The translations under genes were made by a program, and so were the position numbers. Shown here in pieces: positions 41,620 to 52,766 of a stretch of DNA of 64,000 bases (positions are counted from its first letter, which is position 1; every line of letters begins with the position of its first letter). Below the pieces are notes generated by a model. It had not been told where the DNA came from and searched no databases. It saw only the letters and a program-made list of their open reading frames with translations. Origin of the DNA: Podarcis gaigeae (taxonomy: Eukaryota); NCBI GenBank assembly GCA_964106915.2, contig OZ066918.1. The stretch is one strand, 5' to 3'.

Positions 41620-42840
41620 TGTTCATGATTTTAAAACCATTTTATTTTTACCTTTACAAAAAAAAATAATTAATATTTCGAATGGTTATTTTACATAACT
41701 ACTGTTGTGCGTTTGAAAACCAGACCACCACTGGGTTTACACCACGGGTTCAGAAAAAATCGACACGTCGTGAATCCTTTTGGACAATCCAAGCAACTCA
41801 ACACAATTACGTCACTCATAACAACTCCCCCCCCCCCTTCTCTCCAATTAACATGGATCTCACCTTCCATCCACTAAGGAATCACAAGAACTCACAATTC
41901 AACAGAAATAATGCGAGGGAGGGGGAAGAGAAAAGGAGAATATGTTTATGCATTTAAATCCATTACTAGTGTAAATTAAAATGTACCATAAATCATTAAG
42001 CCACCCTTGGGTCTGTTTTATTAGTGACAAGTGGGAAGAATATACTGGTGAAAAAGGGGCAGTAAAGAGATTCCCCCCCCCCGAAAAAAACGTCAACTGA
42101 GCTGGTAAATTAATCAAAGTATTTAATTGATCGATTTGTTGTACAGTTCGGTAACAAATAATATATTTATAGATACTGATGTTCCTTTTTGGGAGAAAAA
42201 AAGCACACGCACACAGCCCCCCACCCCCGCCAAGAAACCCAATTAGAATCCAGACACTGGGCTAATAAAACTGTCCAAGAAAAAAACACCATCACAAGAT
42301 ACCAGCACCGACGATCGCAGCTGTACAGCTAGAAATCCGTATTAAAACACTTTGGTTCATTGATACAAAAGGATGTTTCCATTCAAATCGAGGCCATTGT
42401 AAACGTATGGGAAGGAGGTGGTCCGCGGAGTCCGCCCTGGGAGGGTGTAAAATAAAAAGAAGAGCTCATGGAAAGAGGTGCGGGGAGGGGGAGGTGGCGG
42501 GAGGGGGGGTCTGCTGTCCTCTGTGCCATAATAAATACAAAACGGGGGTGGGGGAGAGAGGGAGGAGGTTTGTCCACCCCCCCCCCCCATGTATCTTCTC
42601 TCCGATAGCCTGTGCAGCATTTCTGATCGAAGGTGACTGACTGGGGGAAGAGGGAAGAGGCTGGGGAGGGGGGAGGGGGAGGGGGCTTGCTCCCCAGGCC
42701 TGGGATCGATTTCCGCCCCTCCCCCAAGAACCGGGCCTTGCCGACCCGCCGTTCGTCCAGTGTGAGCCAAGGATCCACAGCACCCCGAAAAGAACAATGC
42801 AGTCTCGCCGCCGCCGGCGGGCCATCCTACCGTATTGACT
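41620..42840 (-). other. ZIC4: ZIC4 proximal 3' UTR, used when the last coding exon is read through to TAA
   Basis: Follows the stop at 42841. It has U-rich/AU-rich UTR composition and minus-strand AATAAA at 42022-42017 and 41646-41641. Confidence 0.6.
41641..41646 (-). terminator. Candidate proximal polyadenylation signal AATAAA
   Basis: Plus-strand TTTATT at the end of an AU-rich stretch, with GU-containing sequence downstream on the minus strand. Confidence 0.5.
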
Positions 42841-43298
42841 TTAATAAGTGGGCCGGGGCTCGCAGTTCGTGTAAGCGGCCTCTCCCGGGTGAGGTGACGG
42901 AGAGTTACTGGGTGGAGTCGGGATGCCGCTGGCCCCTGAGCTCTGACACACGTACCATTCGCTCAGGTTGGCTGCCGCCTGGGTGGAGGAAGCCGCTGCG
43001 GGAGGCGGTGGCGGCGGCGGTGGCGGCGGCGGCTGAGGGGGCTCCCGGCCGCAGTCCGACGACGGCGACACCAGCGACGGGGTGGACGACTCGTAGCCCG
43101 AGCTGGGAGGTGGGGACTTGCAGTGGACTTTCATGTGCTTCCGCAAAGAGCTGGGGTGCGTGTAGGACTTGTCACAGCCTCGCACTTTGCAGTTGTAGGG
43201 CTTGTCGCTGGTGTGCACGTGGGAATGCTTCTTCCTGTCGCTGCTGTTGGCGAAGCGGCGCTCGCAGCCCTCGAACTCGCATTTGAAGGGTTTCTCGC
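42841..43298 (-). CDS. ZIC4: ZIC4 second major coding exon: zinc fingers 4-5, Pro/Ala tract, NLSEWYV motif and C-terminal extension to TAA
   Basis: The acceptor ttttccttgcag|GC GAG AAA CCC restores G-E-K-P in phase with the upstream exon. [49 protein letters not shown] is ZIC4-type. Stop TAA is at 42843-42841. The joined CDS is 1192+458=1650 nt (549 aa). Confidence 0.97.
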
Positions 43299-44134
43299 CT
43301 GCAAGGAAAAGAGGGAATCCAGGGAGACTTTGCGTAAAGGACCAGGGTGGGGAAAGGTGCGGGTGTGCGTGTTTTATTGGGGTGGCGTGTCTGCAGGTCA
43401 CAGGTTATTGAGCGATGAGCTCTGTGTCGCCCTCGCCCCACCTAGCTTTCCCAGCAGTGGCCGTGGAGCCAAACCCAGCAGAAGCGCCTAGCAGCACTGT
43501 ATGTGAACAGGATTACAAGGGTATGAGGAGAGATCTCTAAAGCTGTGGGGTCTTCTGAAATGACAAAGGGGGGAAGCTTCGTGTGTGAGTTTGTGTGTTC
43601 ATTTCTATCAATGCTTGCCTTCCAGTGGAAGGGTGGAAATGTTCCAGGCCTTGGATGAAGGGCCTGAGGCGAGGAGGTGGGACAACGCTTTCTCTTCCCT
43701 AGGCTTCTTGCCCATCTCGCTCGCTCCTCTGTTCCGTACCGTGTCCGTATGGACACATATTTCCCATCTCACAAATGCCCCTCCAAGCTCTCTCACCTGA
43801 CAACCCCTTTACTTCAGAGATGGCTACATAACCTAGGTTAGGATCTGAAACCCCAGAACCTACGGATTCGTGGCCTTGTGGTGCATAACTTCTTACTAGT
43901 AGTCTCGGGCACTCCCACATAAACAACTCCACATGCTGCAAGGCGCCTTCTTCTTGCGCGCACACACAGAGTCGCACAAGAGCTCACATTTGACCTTGCC
44001 AATAGGCTTTGGAGGAAAGTGGGATTGCAAAGTAGGCTTTGGAGGAAACGATGAGCAAATGTTAGCAGCCTGCTCATTAAAACCATCGTTTAGATACACC
44101 ACGGTTGAACCAGTGTTGCACAGGTTTAGAAATC

Positions 44135-44717
44135 NNNNNNNNNNNNNNNNNNNNNNNNNNNNNNNNNNNNNNNNNNNNNNNNNNNNNNNNNNNNNNNNNN
44201 NNNNNNNNNNNNNNNNNNNNNNNNNNNNNNNNNNNNNNNNNNNNNNNNNNNNNNNNNNNNNNNNNNNNNNNNNNNNNNNNNNNNNNNNNNNNNNNNNNNN
44301 NNNNNNNNNNNNNNNNNNNNNNNNNNNNNNNNNNNNNNNNNNNNNNNNNNNNNNNNNNNNNNNNNNNNNNNNNNNNNNNNNNNNNNNNNNNNNNNNNNNN
44401 NNNNNNNNNNNNNNNNNNNNNNNNNNNNNNNNNNNNNNNNNNNNNNNNNNNNNNNNNNNNNNNNNNNNNNNNNNNNNNNNNNNNNNNNNNNNNNNNNNNN
44501 NNNNNNNNNNNNNNNNNNNNNNNNNNNNNNNNNNNNNNNNNNNNNNNNNNNNNNNNNNNNNNNNNNNNNNNNNNNNNNNNNNNNNNNNNNNNNNNNNNNN
44601 NNNNNNNNNNNNNNNNNNNNNNNNNNNNNNNNNNNNNNNNNNNNNNNNNNNNNNNNNNNNNNNNNNNNNNNNNNNNNNNNNNNNNNNNNNNNNNNNNNNN
44701 NNNNNNNNNNNNNNNNN
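44135..44717. other. Assembly gap (583 N) in a ZIC4 intron; other gaps at 13105-13283, 21756-21895, 24460-24593, 25339-25486 and 62452-62591
   Basis: N runs. Confidence 1.
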
Positions 44718-47484
44718 AAATTCATATGGAAATAACTAAATTAATACATAAGTTAACCTAAAGGCAGTTCTGGTAGTTTCTGGAGAATAATCTACGATAG
44801 AGTATCTTTCCACTACATATCCTTGGTATAGATTAATAGAAGGATCTCAGTAGCATTCTGCTCGGAAAGCCAACGCCTTACTGAGTAGGCCAAGATTTCA
44901 TTTCGCTATCAAGGAAAATCTTCAGAAACTAACAGACAGGGACATATTTAGCAGCGGAGAGAAAGAAAAACAACGACGCAGTCCGTAGTGCATTGTCCAT
45001 GGGAGAACTCATTGATCTGGCTAGAAGATATGCATTGGAAACATATTAAACACCATATGCGGGATGAGATATTGGAAAGGTGAGGAGGGGTGAGAGACGG
45101 AAGGAAGCCAGATTCCCCAGGAAATCTACTGGAGATAGTCTGTACACCAAATGCTGCATGGGCGATTTTTCACCGATAAAGGAAAACACGTTGAAGCCAC
45201 GTGCTTTGATGTCTCTAAGGGGCACGAATGCCTTATTCTGAAAAACCAACAGACAGAGATGCTTGCGTACGAAAATCGGGCAAAAATGATATAACGCATA
45301 TTTGACAGGGATGGGAAATGAAGGTCAGGATACTATGTGTTTCTTAGAGGCAAATGTTGCCAAAATAGCAGGGTAAGTGCATATGTGTGTTAGTGTGTGT
45401 TTGTTTGTGTAGCATTTTTTAAAACATGAGTTCCTTAACGAGGCCATGTTGTATATTCAGACTTCAGCACAAAACATTTTTTTTTAAATAAAAAAAGCTG
45501 TGTCTACTGAATATGCTAAGGCTAAAGCGTTCTTTAAGAAATGTTGGTGGGGAGCTAAGCAACTGCTACTCCCCCCCTACAAAAGCATTCTCTGTCGGTG
45601 TAATGATTCAGGGAAATCCGCCGTGCTGGACGGCTAGTTATTGCAAGGAGTAAAATATGGTTCCACGTTTTAAAGAATATCGGTGGCAAATACCAATATT
45701 GGTCTCAGGCCTGCGAGAAAAACGACGTTTTTAGCAGGCTAGGCATGACAAGTGAGGCTCCGTGTGTACCTGCATCGGAAGGTATTTACTCATTTTGCTT
45801 TGTTTTGGCGGGGAGAGAAAAGAAAAGGAAGGTCATCTGTATATTTTGACGGCTCTTTAAGTATTTTAATTATAGTTCCTTGTAAAGAAACAGTTTGACC
45901 TTCCGCTACTCAGCTGAAATAACAAATCACGAGGATTGGTGTAGGACAGGCAAGCAGTAAGTTAGGAGGCCCTGGGGAGAGGCCCCGTCATAAACCCAGC
46001 GATCGGGCGGAGTGAGTTACATCGTGGTATAAGACCGGTCTTGTTTCTCGCGAGCAGCAACAAAAAAATAAATAAAAATGGCCAGCTTCTTTTACGCCCC
46101 CACCTTCCACACCTCGGCACCTTCTTTTACGCCCCGGCCACAAGAAATGATTGCAGAAGGGGGCTCTTTCTTGTTGGCTGCAGCGCATTATCTGTGAATG
46201 GTTTCAGGCCCAGGGTTAATGTTAGAGTTCCCCGTTAAAAGGCTAGGATTCCCTGCGCGTAAATATGTATCGGTCAAAAAGAAACGTGTTTGAATGTTTG
46301 TCTCTGACCCGCGGCACTTTTGAAAGTGTGTGTTTGGGGGTGGAGAGATGGGGGGGGGGAGGAAGAGAGGAAGCGAGGACTGAGGACGGATGGGGGCAAG
46401 GGCGCGCGCGCGCACACACTGCAGCGAGTCGACACCGCCATTTTCTACCCACACTTGTAGCTCTCACAGGACTCGCTGTGGAGAGCAATACGTACAGCTT
46501 GGAGATTTTAGCATAATCCTCCCAACTCTGGGACTGGATTAAAGTATTTGCAAAATTCTCGAGGGGGAGGGGAGGAGGGATATTGAGCTTGCCAGCGCCA
46601 GCACTATAAATTACAAGTTAAAACATACGGTACCTCTCTTACTGCGGCCTAAACACCACCTTGGTCACAATTGTCCCTTGGCCAGTTCTGATGGTAAGGA
46701 AGTGATTTTTGCTTTCCTTCTTCTGATACCTGTGCTACGTTATTGTGAATTAAGTTCGTTCTCTCTCCCTCCCTCCTTCCCCCCCCCCTCTCTCTCATCT
46801 CCAGAAACCCATTCCTGTCTGCCCAGGCTCAGGGAAACGCAACGTCATTAATATTTGAGAAGGCAATTATTTTCTCGTTTAAATCTAGAACTGTCTTCAT
46901 GAATAATTTGCAGGAAGTTCTATTGCCATTTCAGAAACATTTGGGTTTGAGAATTTAGGGCGGGGTAGGTCAATCGAAAACGCTACATTGTAATAAGGCC
47001 TAAGGATTCCACCTCCACCTCTCCCTCTCTCCGTCCCAAGCCTAGCCCACCACCACTGCAAAAATAAATTAATTAAGCAGGGAAGTTCAAGCGAAACGAC
47101 TACATAATGTAGTACATTTTGAATGCTGAACTCCAAGCCCGCACCCTTCCCAGGCACTCAACTGGTTGCACTGATGTAGGTCAAATTTACCAAGAATCCG
47201 ACCATTTTCTGCTTCATAGACTTCAAAGGAGAAGGCGGCTAAAGGGCAGTAAAAGTTTGTTTACTTAAGAAAAACACTGTAATTAAGGGATGAACTGTGC
47301 TCTTCAGTGCTTTCCTACCTAACACGAAGATGCCTTGGCGTCATTCGCTTTATTAATATTTTAAATAAAATAAGTAACAAAATATTCTCCATCAAATGCA
47401 CAGCTTTATTTTAAACGTAGTTTTTGGAGGGGGGGAAGGGACTAACCTAACCATACTACAGTTAAGGCTACGACATTTTAGAAC

Positions 47485-47518
<34 letters not shown>

Positions 47519-48560
47519 TTGGGTTGTAAGGGTATCTTACAATAGGATTATGTCGTTTTCCTGGGAGTTTATAAGGCTGTGGAGTGTGTGTGCAAAAAAA
47601 CTGCACAGTGGAACGGATTTAATTTTCCAAAAGGGCTTATTTATTATCTTCTGGTGTGTGTGTGTGAGAGAGAGTAAGATAGGAAGGAGTGGAGTGGAGA
47701 AGGCAATAAAAAGCTAAGAAGACCGGCTGTTAAACTAACTCTACAACTTCACAGGCTGAATTTGGAAGTCTGAAAACTTTATACCGCCAGTTTCATTCAT
47801 TCACCACAGATGCTTCTGTGGATTCCGAGGTCAAAGAGGGTGTTAGCAAGGTCTTCCCCTTCAAATAACTTTCCTTTCTGTGTTAACTAGAAATTGTTCC
47901 TATTTCTGACAAAATATTCCTTCATAATTCAGGCCAACGGCCGTTCAAAAGGAACAGGCTAGGAAGACAAAAATTAACTCCAAACACACACCACTACTCC
48001 CCTCTTTCCTTCCCAGGTTCCAAAAGAGCACCTTCCCATATTTCAATCTCCGTAGCAGTTTAAGAAGGAAAAGGCTCTTACGAAGACTTGGGATGAAACA
48101 TCGCAGGGTTCCTCGTACAAAACAAAAAGAGGGGACCTTGCAGCTGTGCTTTTCTCACAAGGAAGGCGGCAGAAGCAGCATCCCAGCAGCATCACTCAAA
48201 ACTGCCTAGACAAGTTGCAACTTCCATTGTTCGCTCCTAATTTGCGAGCTTGCATCAAGATTGGATGCTTTTCCGTCTCTATAGGGCTTTTTAACTCTCC
48301 CCTCTCCAGGAAATCCCGATCTAAATCATGGAAGACCCTTCTTGCATACGCACATACACATACACGTCAGCATTATGCATCCACACACGCCTCAATTCTT
48401 CAAACGAAAGACAACAATCAAAACAAACTATTGATCCGGTCTTCATTGGCTAGTATTAATTCTATGTAAAATTATAGCGGGCGGGGGTGGGGTGGGGAGA
48501 TCGCACATGCAGCAGATAGTTGAACAAAACACGAATGAAGAAAGACCTTTCCATACTAAC

Positions 48561-49752
48561 CTGTGTGCGTCCTTTTGTGGATCTTGAGATTTTCCGAGCG
48601 AGCGAAGACTTTCCCGCATCCCGGGAAAGGACAAGGGAAAGGTTTCTCCCCCGTGTGGACTCGGATGTGGTTGACCAGTTTGTATTTGGCCTTGAAAGGC
48701 TTCCCTTCCCTGGGACACTCTTCCCAGAAGCAAATGTGGTTGGACTGCTCCGGCCCTCCAACGTGCTCCACGGTGACGTGAGTCACCAGCTCGTGCATGG
48801 TGCTGAAAGTTTTCGAGCATAATTTTTTGGGAGTCTGGTCCAGTTCGATCCACTTGCAGATGAGCTCCTGCTTGATGGGCTGCCTCATGTAGCGGAAGAA
48901 AGCCCCAGGGCCGTGGTGTGGAGCTAAATTCACGTTCAGGTTCATGCCACCGTAGCCGTGGAAGGAGGAAGCAGCAAAAGGATCTGTCCTGGAGACTGGT
49001 ACTGGCGTGAAAGGTTCAGACCTGGCATACATTTCTCCAGGTAGCCCCAGCCTTATCTGTCCGTTTAGATGGCCACCTGGAGCTGCATGGGGAGGTTGCT
49101 CATGGTGGAGTCCAGTAAAAAGCGAGGGAGTTCCGGCTTCTGAGTGGTGGTGGTGGAGGTGGTGGAGGTGGTGATGGTGAGCATGGTGTCCGGGGTAGCT
49201 ACCTGTTGTTGAGACAAACATTCCATGGTGAGAACCTGTAGCAGCAGAGTGTTGATAAGGGAGCCCTGGCATGACTGGGGCTGTCAGATCTCTGCGCAGG
49301 AAGAATTCCCTACCTGATGAAAGAGCATGACTTGGGTGAGGGACTGCGTAAGGGACTGTTGTTGACTGCGCTGGGCCAAATGCTCCTGCTGGACTGGGTA
49401 CCACCTCGGCTTGGCCTGTCACAGGATGGTGGGGATGAGGCTGAGGGGCAGGGCTGAGCTTAAGGGCCGCTGAGTGATGAGGAGGATGAGAGTGGTGGCG
49501 GTGGTGATGATGATGATGGAGAGGATGGTGGTGGTGCCCCATGTGTTCTGACCGGAATGGACTCAGCCCGAGGCGGCTTTCTGCAGCGTACTCCCCAGGG
49601 TGCGTGGGAACCATGGAGTGGGGATGCCCGGCGAAGCCTGTCATGCTCTGAGGGGAGTGGTGATGGTGGCGGTGATGACGATGACGAGGAGCCCCTGCCA
49701 AGCCTAGTAATTTCAGCGCCGTGTTCCGTTTGGAGAGTGAAGCAGAGTCCAT
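48561..49752 (-). CDS. ZIC4: ZIC4 major coding exon: long His-rich N-terminus, ZOC-like motif, ZF-NC and C2H2 zinc fingers 1-3
   Basis: The 398-codon ORF starts at CCA GTA ATG G (strong Kozak). It contains [17 protein letters not shown] (ZF-NC) and Zic fingers 1-3. The ZIC4-type N-terminus is [10 protein letters not shown]...PQSMTGF and RLGLPGEMY. The exon ends at ACA G|gttagt (phase-1 donor 48560-48559). Confidence 0.97.
49203..49313 (-). other. ZIC4: In-frame 111-nt exitron candidate inside the ZIC4 major exon
   Basis: Donor TCAG|GTAGGG (GT at 49313-49312) and acceptor tgtttgtctcaacaacag|GTAGC (AG at 49204-49203). The length is exactly 37 codons and it encodes GREFFLRRD...VSTT. Confidence 0.6.
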
Positions 49753-50149
49753 TACTGGGCTCCCCCAAAGCCTCCAAGCTCTCCTGGTTCTACTACAATT
49801 CTAAAAAGTCACCTGACGCCGAGGAGGGGGGAGCGAGGGAGAAAGAGGAAGAGGGAAAGAGCAGTGAAAAAACTTTTTTGAAAGTCCCCCCCCACCCGCA
49901 AAGAAAAAAAAGGTTTTCCCCTCCCTCTCTCTTGGTCTGGACTATTTGGCTTTGTTTTGTTTTTGCTCCCCGCTTCCCCCCCTTCCCCTTTCTTTTCTCC
50001 CCCTCCTCTTCCATTATTTTGTGTGTGTGTGTGTGTGTGTGTTTTTCCTCCTTCCTTTTTTTTTTAACGCCTACGTGGAATCCCATACGCTTTGAGAAGC
50101 AGCAGCAGGACGCTGGGAGGCTACTGAATAGCGCTTCACAGACTAGGCT

Positions 50150-50792
50150 CCAACCCAGAGAGCTAAACAATCAGGGCGGTCGCTGATTGGCCGAAGCTGC
50201 CTGACCGAAGTCAGCGCTGACAGGTCCCCGCTGAAGTCTGAAAAGATTTAGGAAGGGGTAAAGGGGCGGGGAGGGAGGAAGAGGACTCGGGAAGCAGTGC
50301 GCCTGCGCTGCGTTTGTGGCTAATCCCCCCCCTCCAAAAGCTCCTTCCCTTTCTCCTCCTCCTCTTCCCCCTTTGCCCCCCTCCCTCTCTAGCCCTAACC
50401 AGTGCGCCGAGCTTGTCCGGTGTTTGCATTTACTCCCCGCATTTTGTTTTTATCTGCGTTTAACTGATTAAGGGCCGCTGGAACCGTCTTCCCCAGACGA
50501 AACGAGGGGTCCTCCGAGTCGTTTACGCGCTAATGAGCAGTGGTTGCCAAAGGAGGAACAAGGCCTTGAGCAAGCGGCGGCGGCAGCTCCTGGGAGCGCC
50601 TGGGAGGCGAGGCTGGCCGGCGGGTGGCTGTTGCTTTCTCCCCACCCCTTCCAAAGACGCTTTGGTTGTCCCCGATCATCTGCTTAGAAGAGCCAGGCGC
50701 TTGGAGGTATCCTGGGTGATCTCCTGACTCCTGCATGGCTTGGCTCGTGGCTCAAGCCCCTTCTGCTTTCTGTTCTCCTGCTAACCATTTAC

Positions 50793-50841
<49 letters not shown>

Positions 50842-51000
50842 CTTCTTCCACACCCAGCTCTGTCTCTCTTTCTCACTTAGCCTCGTAATGAGCAGACGAT
50901 TTAATGGAGAGCTCAGATCGGTGTCTGCTTCGGGGCGGACTGCCTGATTGGCCACCGAGCAGCTCATTGTGGACTAACCAAAGTGCAATTCTCAACACCC
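50150..51000 (-). promoter_or_regulatory. ZIC4: ZIC4 proximal CpG-rich promoter candidate for the long N-terminal isoform
   Basis: Two GGGCGG + CTGATTGGCC modules (50174-50192 and 50933-50953; CCAAT on the minus strand) and a GGGGCGGGG box near 50263. The region is CpG rich and lies 0.4-1.2 kb upstream of the ATG. Confidence 0.55.
50797..50838. repeat. (CA)n microsatellite between the two promoter modules
   Basis: Seen directly. Confidence 0.95.
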
Positions 51001-52689
51001 TTCCAGTTTCCTTCCTGCAAGAGCAACAACAAAGATGGAGAAGGGGCGGGAGGGGAGGAAGGTAGCACACACACATCACACAGGGACTTTCACAAAACTT
51101 CCGCTCTCGAGGGACAGGGGAGCGCGCGGGGGGGGGCAAATACGGCTAGGCCAAGCCACCGCAGAAATCTGCAGGGAAGGAGGTAGGGAGGAGAGAGACT
51201 GCCCGGAGAAGGTCTGCCGAGTCGTAGCAGGCTCTCCTCCGTGCCCTTTCCCTGCCCTCACAATCGTCCAGATTATGAATGAATCCGAAAGACAGGAGAC
51301 GCGCGGGGCTTTCTGAGACCGCCTCATAAATTCCTTTGCCTACGACCCACCATTGTAGGAAGTAGAGAAGCGCGCAGGTTTGTTACCAAGCCTGTTTTGG
51401 GCCAGGAGCAAAAGTCTAGATTTTTTTTTTAAAGCAATACAGCGATGATGGTGGTGGACCCCAAACCCCGGACCAGGCAAGATGCTTTCGAGGGATCCAA
51501 TCCTACACACACACAACCTCCACCCTCGCTTCCTAACCTCCAGCCCAACCGCGCCATCAATTTGACTGCTGATTATTTATAGCACAGACAAATCTCCAGG
51601 ACTCCCGTCCCAAACAGAAATGGGCACAATGTGGAAGAGACAGGCTTTGCATACAGAAGTCGTCCTGGGAAGCGGAGCTGGGCAGCTAGGTATTTAGATT
51701 TCTGACACTTGTTGGCGGCCCAGAGAACCAGGCCTTTAAAACAACAACAACAACAAAGGCTAAAGCTCTGCCACATCTTTCATTTCCCACGATTACACGA
51801 TATTTATGTAACCCTCCCTTTAAAAGTAATACAAAAAAGTCATACCTAATACCTGCAATTAACTGGCGCATATAACCCAATCCAAATGTTGCAAATCATT
51901 TCAGGAGCTTATGCAACTAATAAGTCTCTGACCATCTGAAGCAGCCCAGGATGCGTGTGAAACATCGTGTTGAATCCCTTTGCCTCTCCCTGTCAAACGC
52001 AATCGCCCACATTCATTTATAAGGAGCAATTAAAAGATCAAGTCAATTTAAAAAGCAACCTGTAGATTAATAGATAAATCTATCGGACGTTATGATGCTC
52101 ACATTTGCTCATTGTCAAAAGGAAAATAAATCGATTGCAAGTGTACTGTATCCGTGATGAAAATAAAAGTATAGGGTTTATTATTTTTACCCCCACTAAA
52201 AAAAAAGTCATTGAGAGCCCTTCCAATGAATGCTGGAACCCGATATTACTGAATTCAGGTAATTCTGTTCTCCTCCATTTAGTGGGATAATATCAAAATT
52301 CGGCCTTGAACTCTGGACCTAAACTCCTAAACGTAAAAGTTACTTTAAGTATACCCACTTTCTGCAGAAGGGCAGCTTTCAATTTGACTTAAAATCCAGT
52401 AAGAAACACGGCAATTTTGAGAATGTTTCCCCCCATTGAACAAGCAGCATTTTTTACTTTTAAATGACATCCGGCGAAAAGAGCCCTTTATTTCTATTTC
52501 ATTTTTAAAAACTGAACCATTTGGGCAAAAGTAAAATGCAAAATCGACACGTACTTTTAAAAATAATATTCTTTTTCCGCTTTGTGTCCCGTGTTAATAG
52601 CTGCACAAGTGATGTCCTGAAACCGAAAGTCGCTCTTAAGTTACTTGTGGTAATGCCCTGAGTATTAGTGAGGTCAGTGTTATTAAAGA

Positions 52690-52766
52690 TGCAATCACAA
52701 CACTCACTTGAGAGTAATCCCAACTGAATTCAGTGGAAGTTCCGAGGAAACATGCATAGGATGGGC
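52690..52766. mobile_element. Palindromic MITE-like copy in the ZIC4 upstream intron
   Basis: TGCAATCACAACACTCACTTGAGAGTAATCCCAACTGAATTCAGTGGAAGTTCCGAGGAAACATGCATAGGATGGGC. Confidence 0.55.

Noticed and set aside
43299-43401. N-terminal part of ORF 42841..43401 (MTCRHATP...)
   Set aside because: It is intronic. The real exon starts at the AG acceptor at 43298.
42633-43491. Plus-strand ORFs (217 aa and 122 aa) over the ZIC4 exon
   Set aside because: They are antisense shadows of GC-rich coding sequence, with no domain or splice support.
43490-43870. Possible LF-SINE/AmnSINE relic in the intron
   Set aside because: The similarity is too weak to support by eye.
43933-44761. Long ORFs spanning N-runs (also near 13.1, 21.7, 24.4, 25.3 and 62.4 kb)
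   Set aside because: They are artefacts of assembly gaps.
48785-48807. REST/RE1-like TGGTGCTGAA site
   Set aside because: Only a half-site match with wrong spacing, explained by the FSTMH codons.
48550-49752. Assignment as ZIC5 or ZIC1
   Set aside because: The [10 protein letters not shown] and [11 protein letters not shown] tail, the RLYRN upstream exon and the adjacent ZIC1-type 5' UTR all indicate ZIC4.
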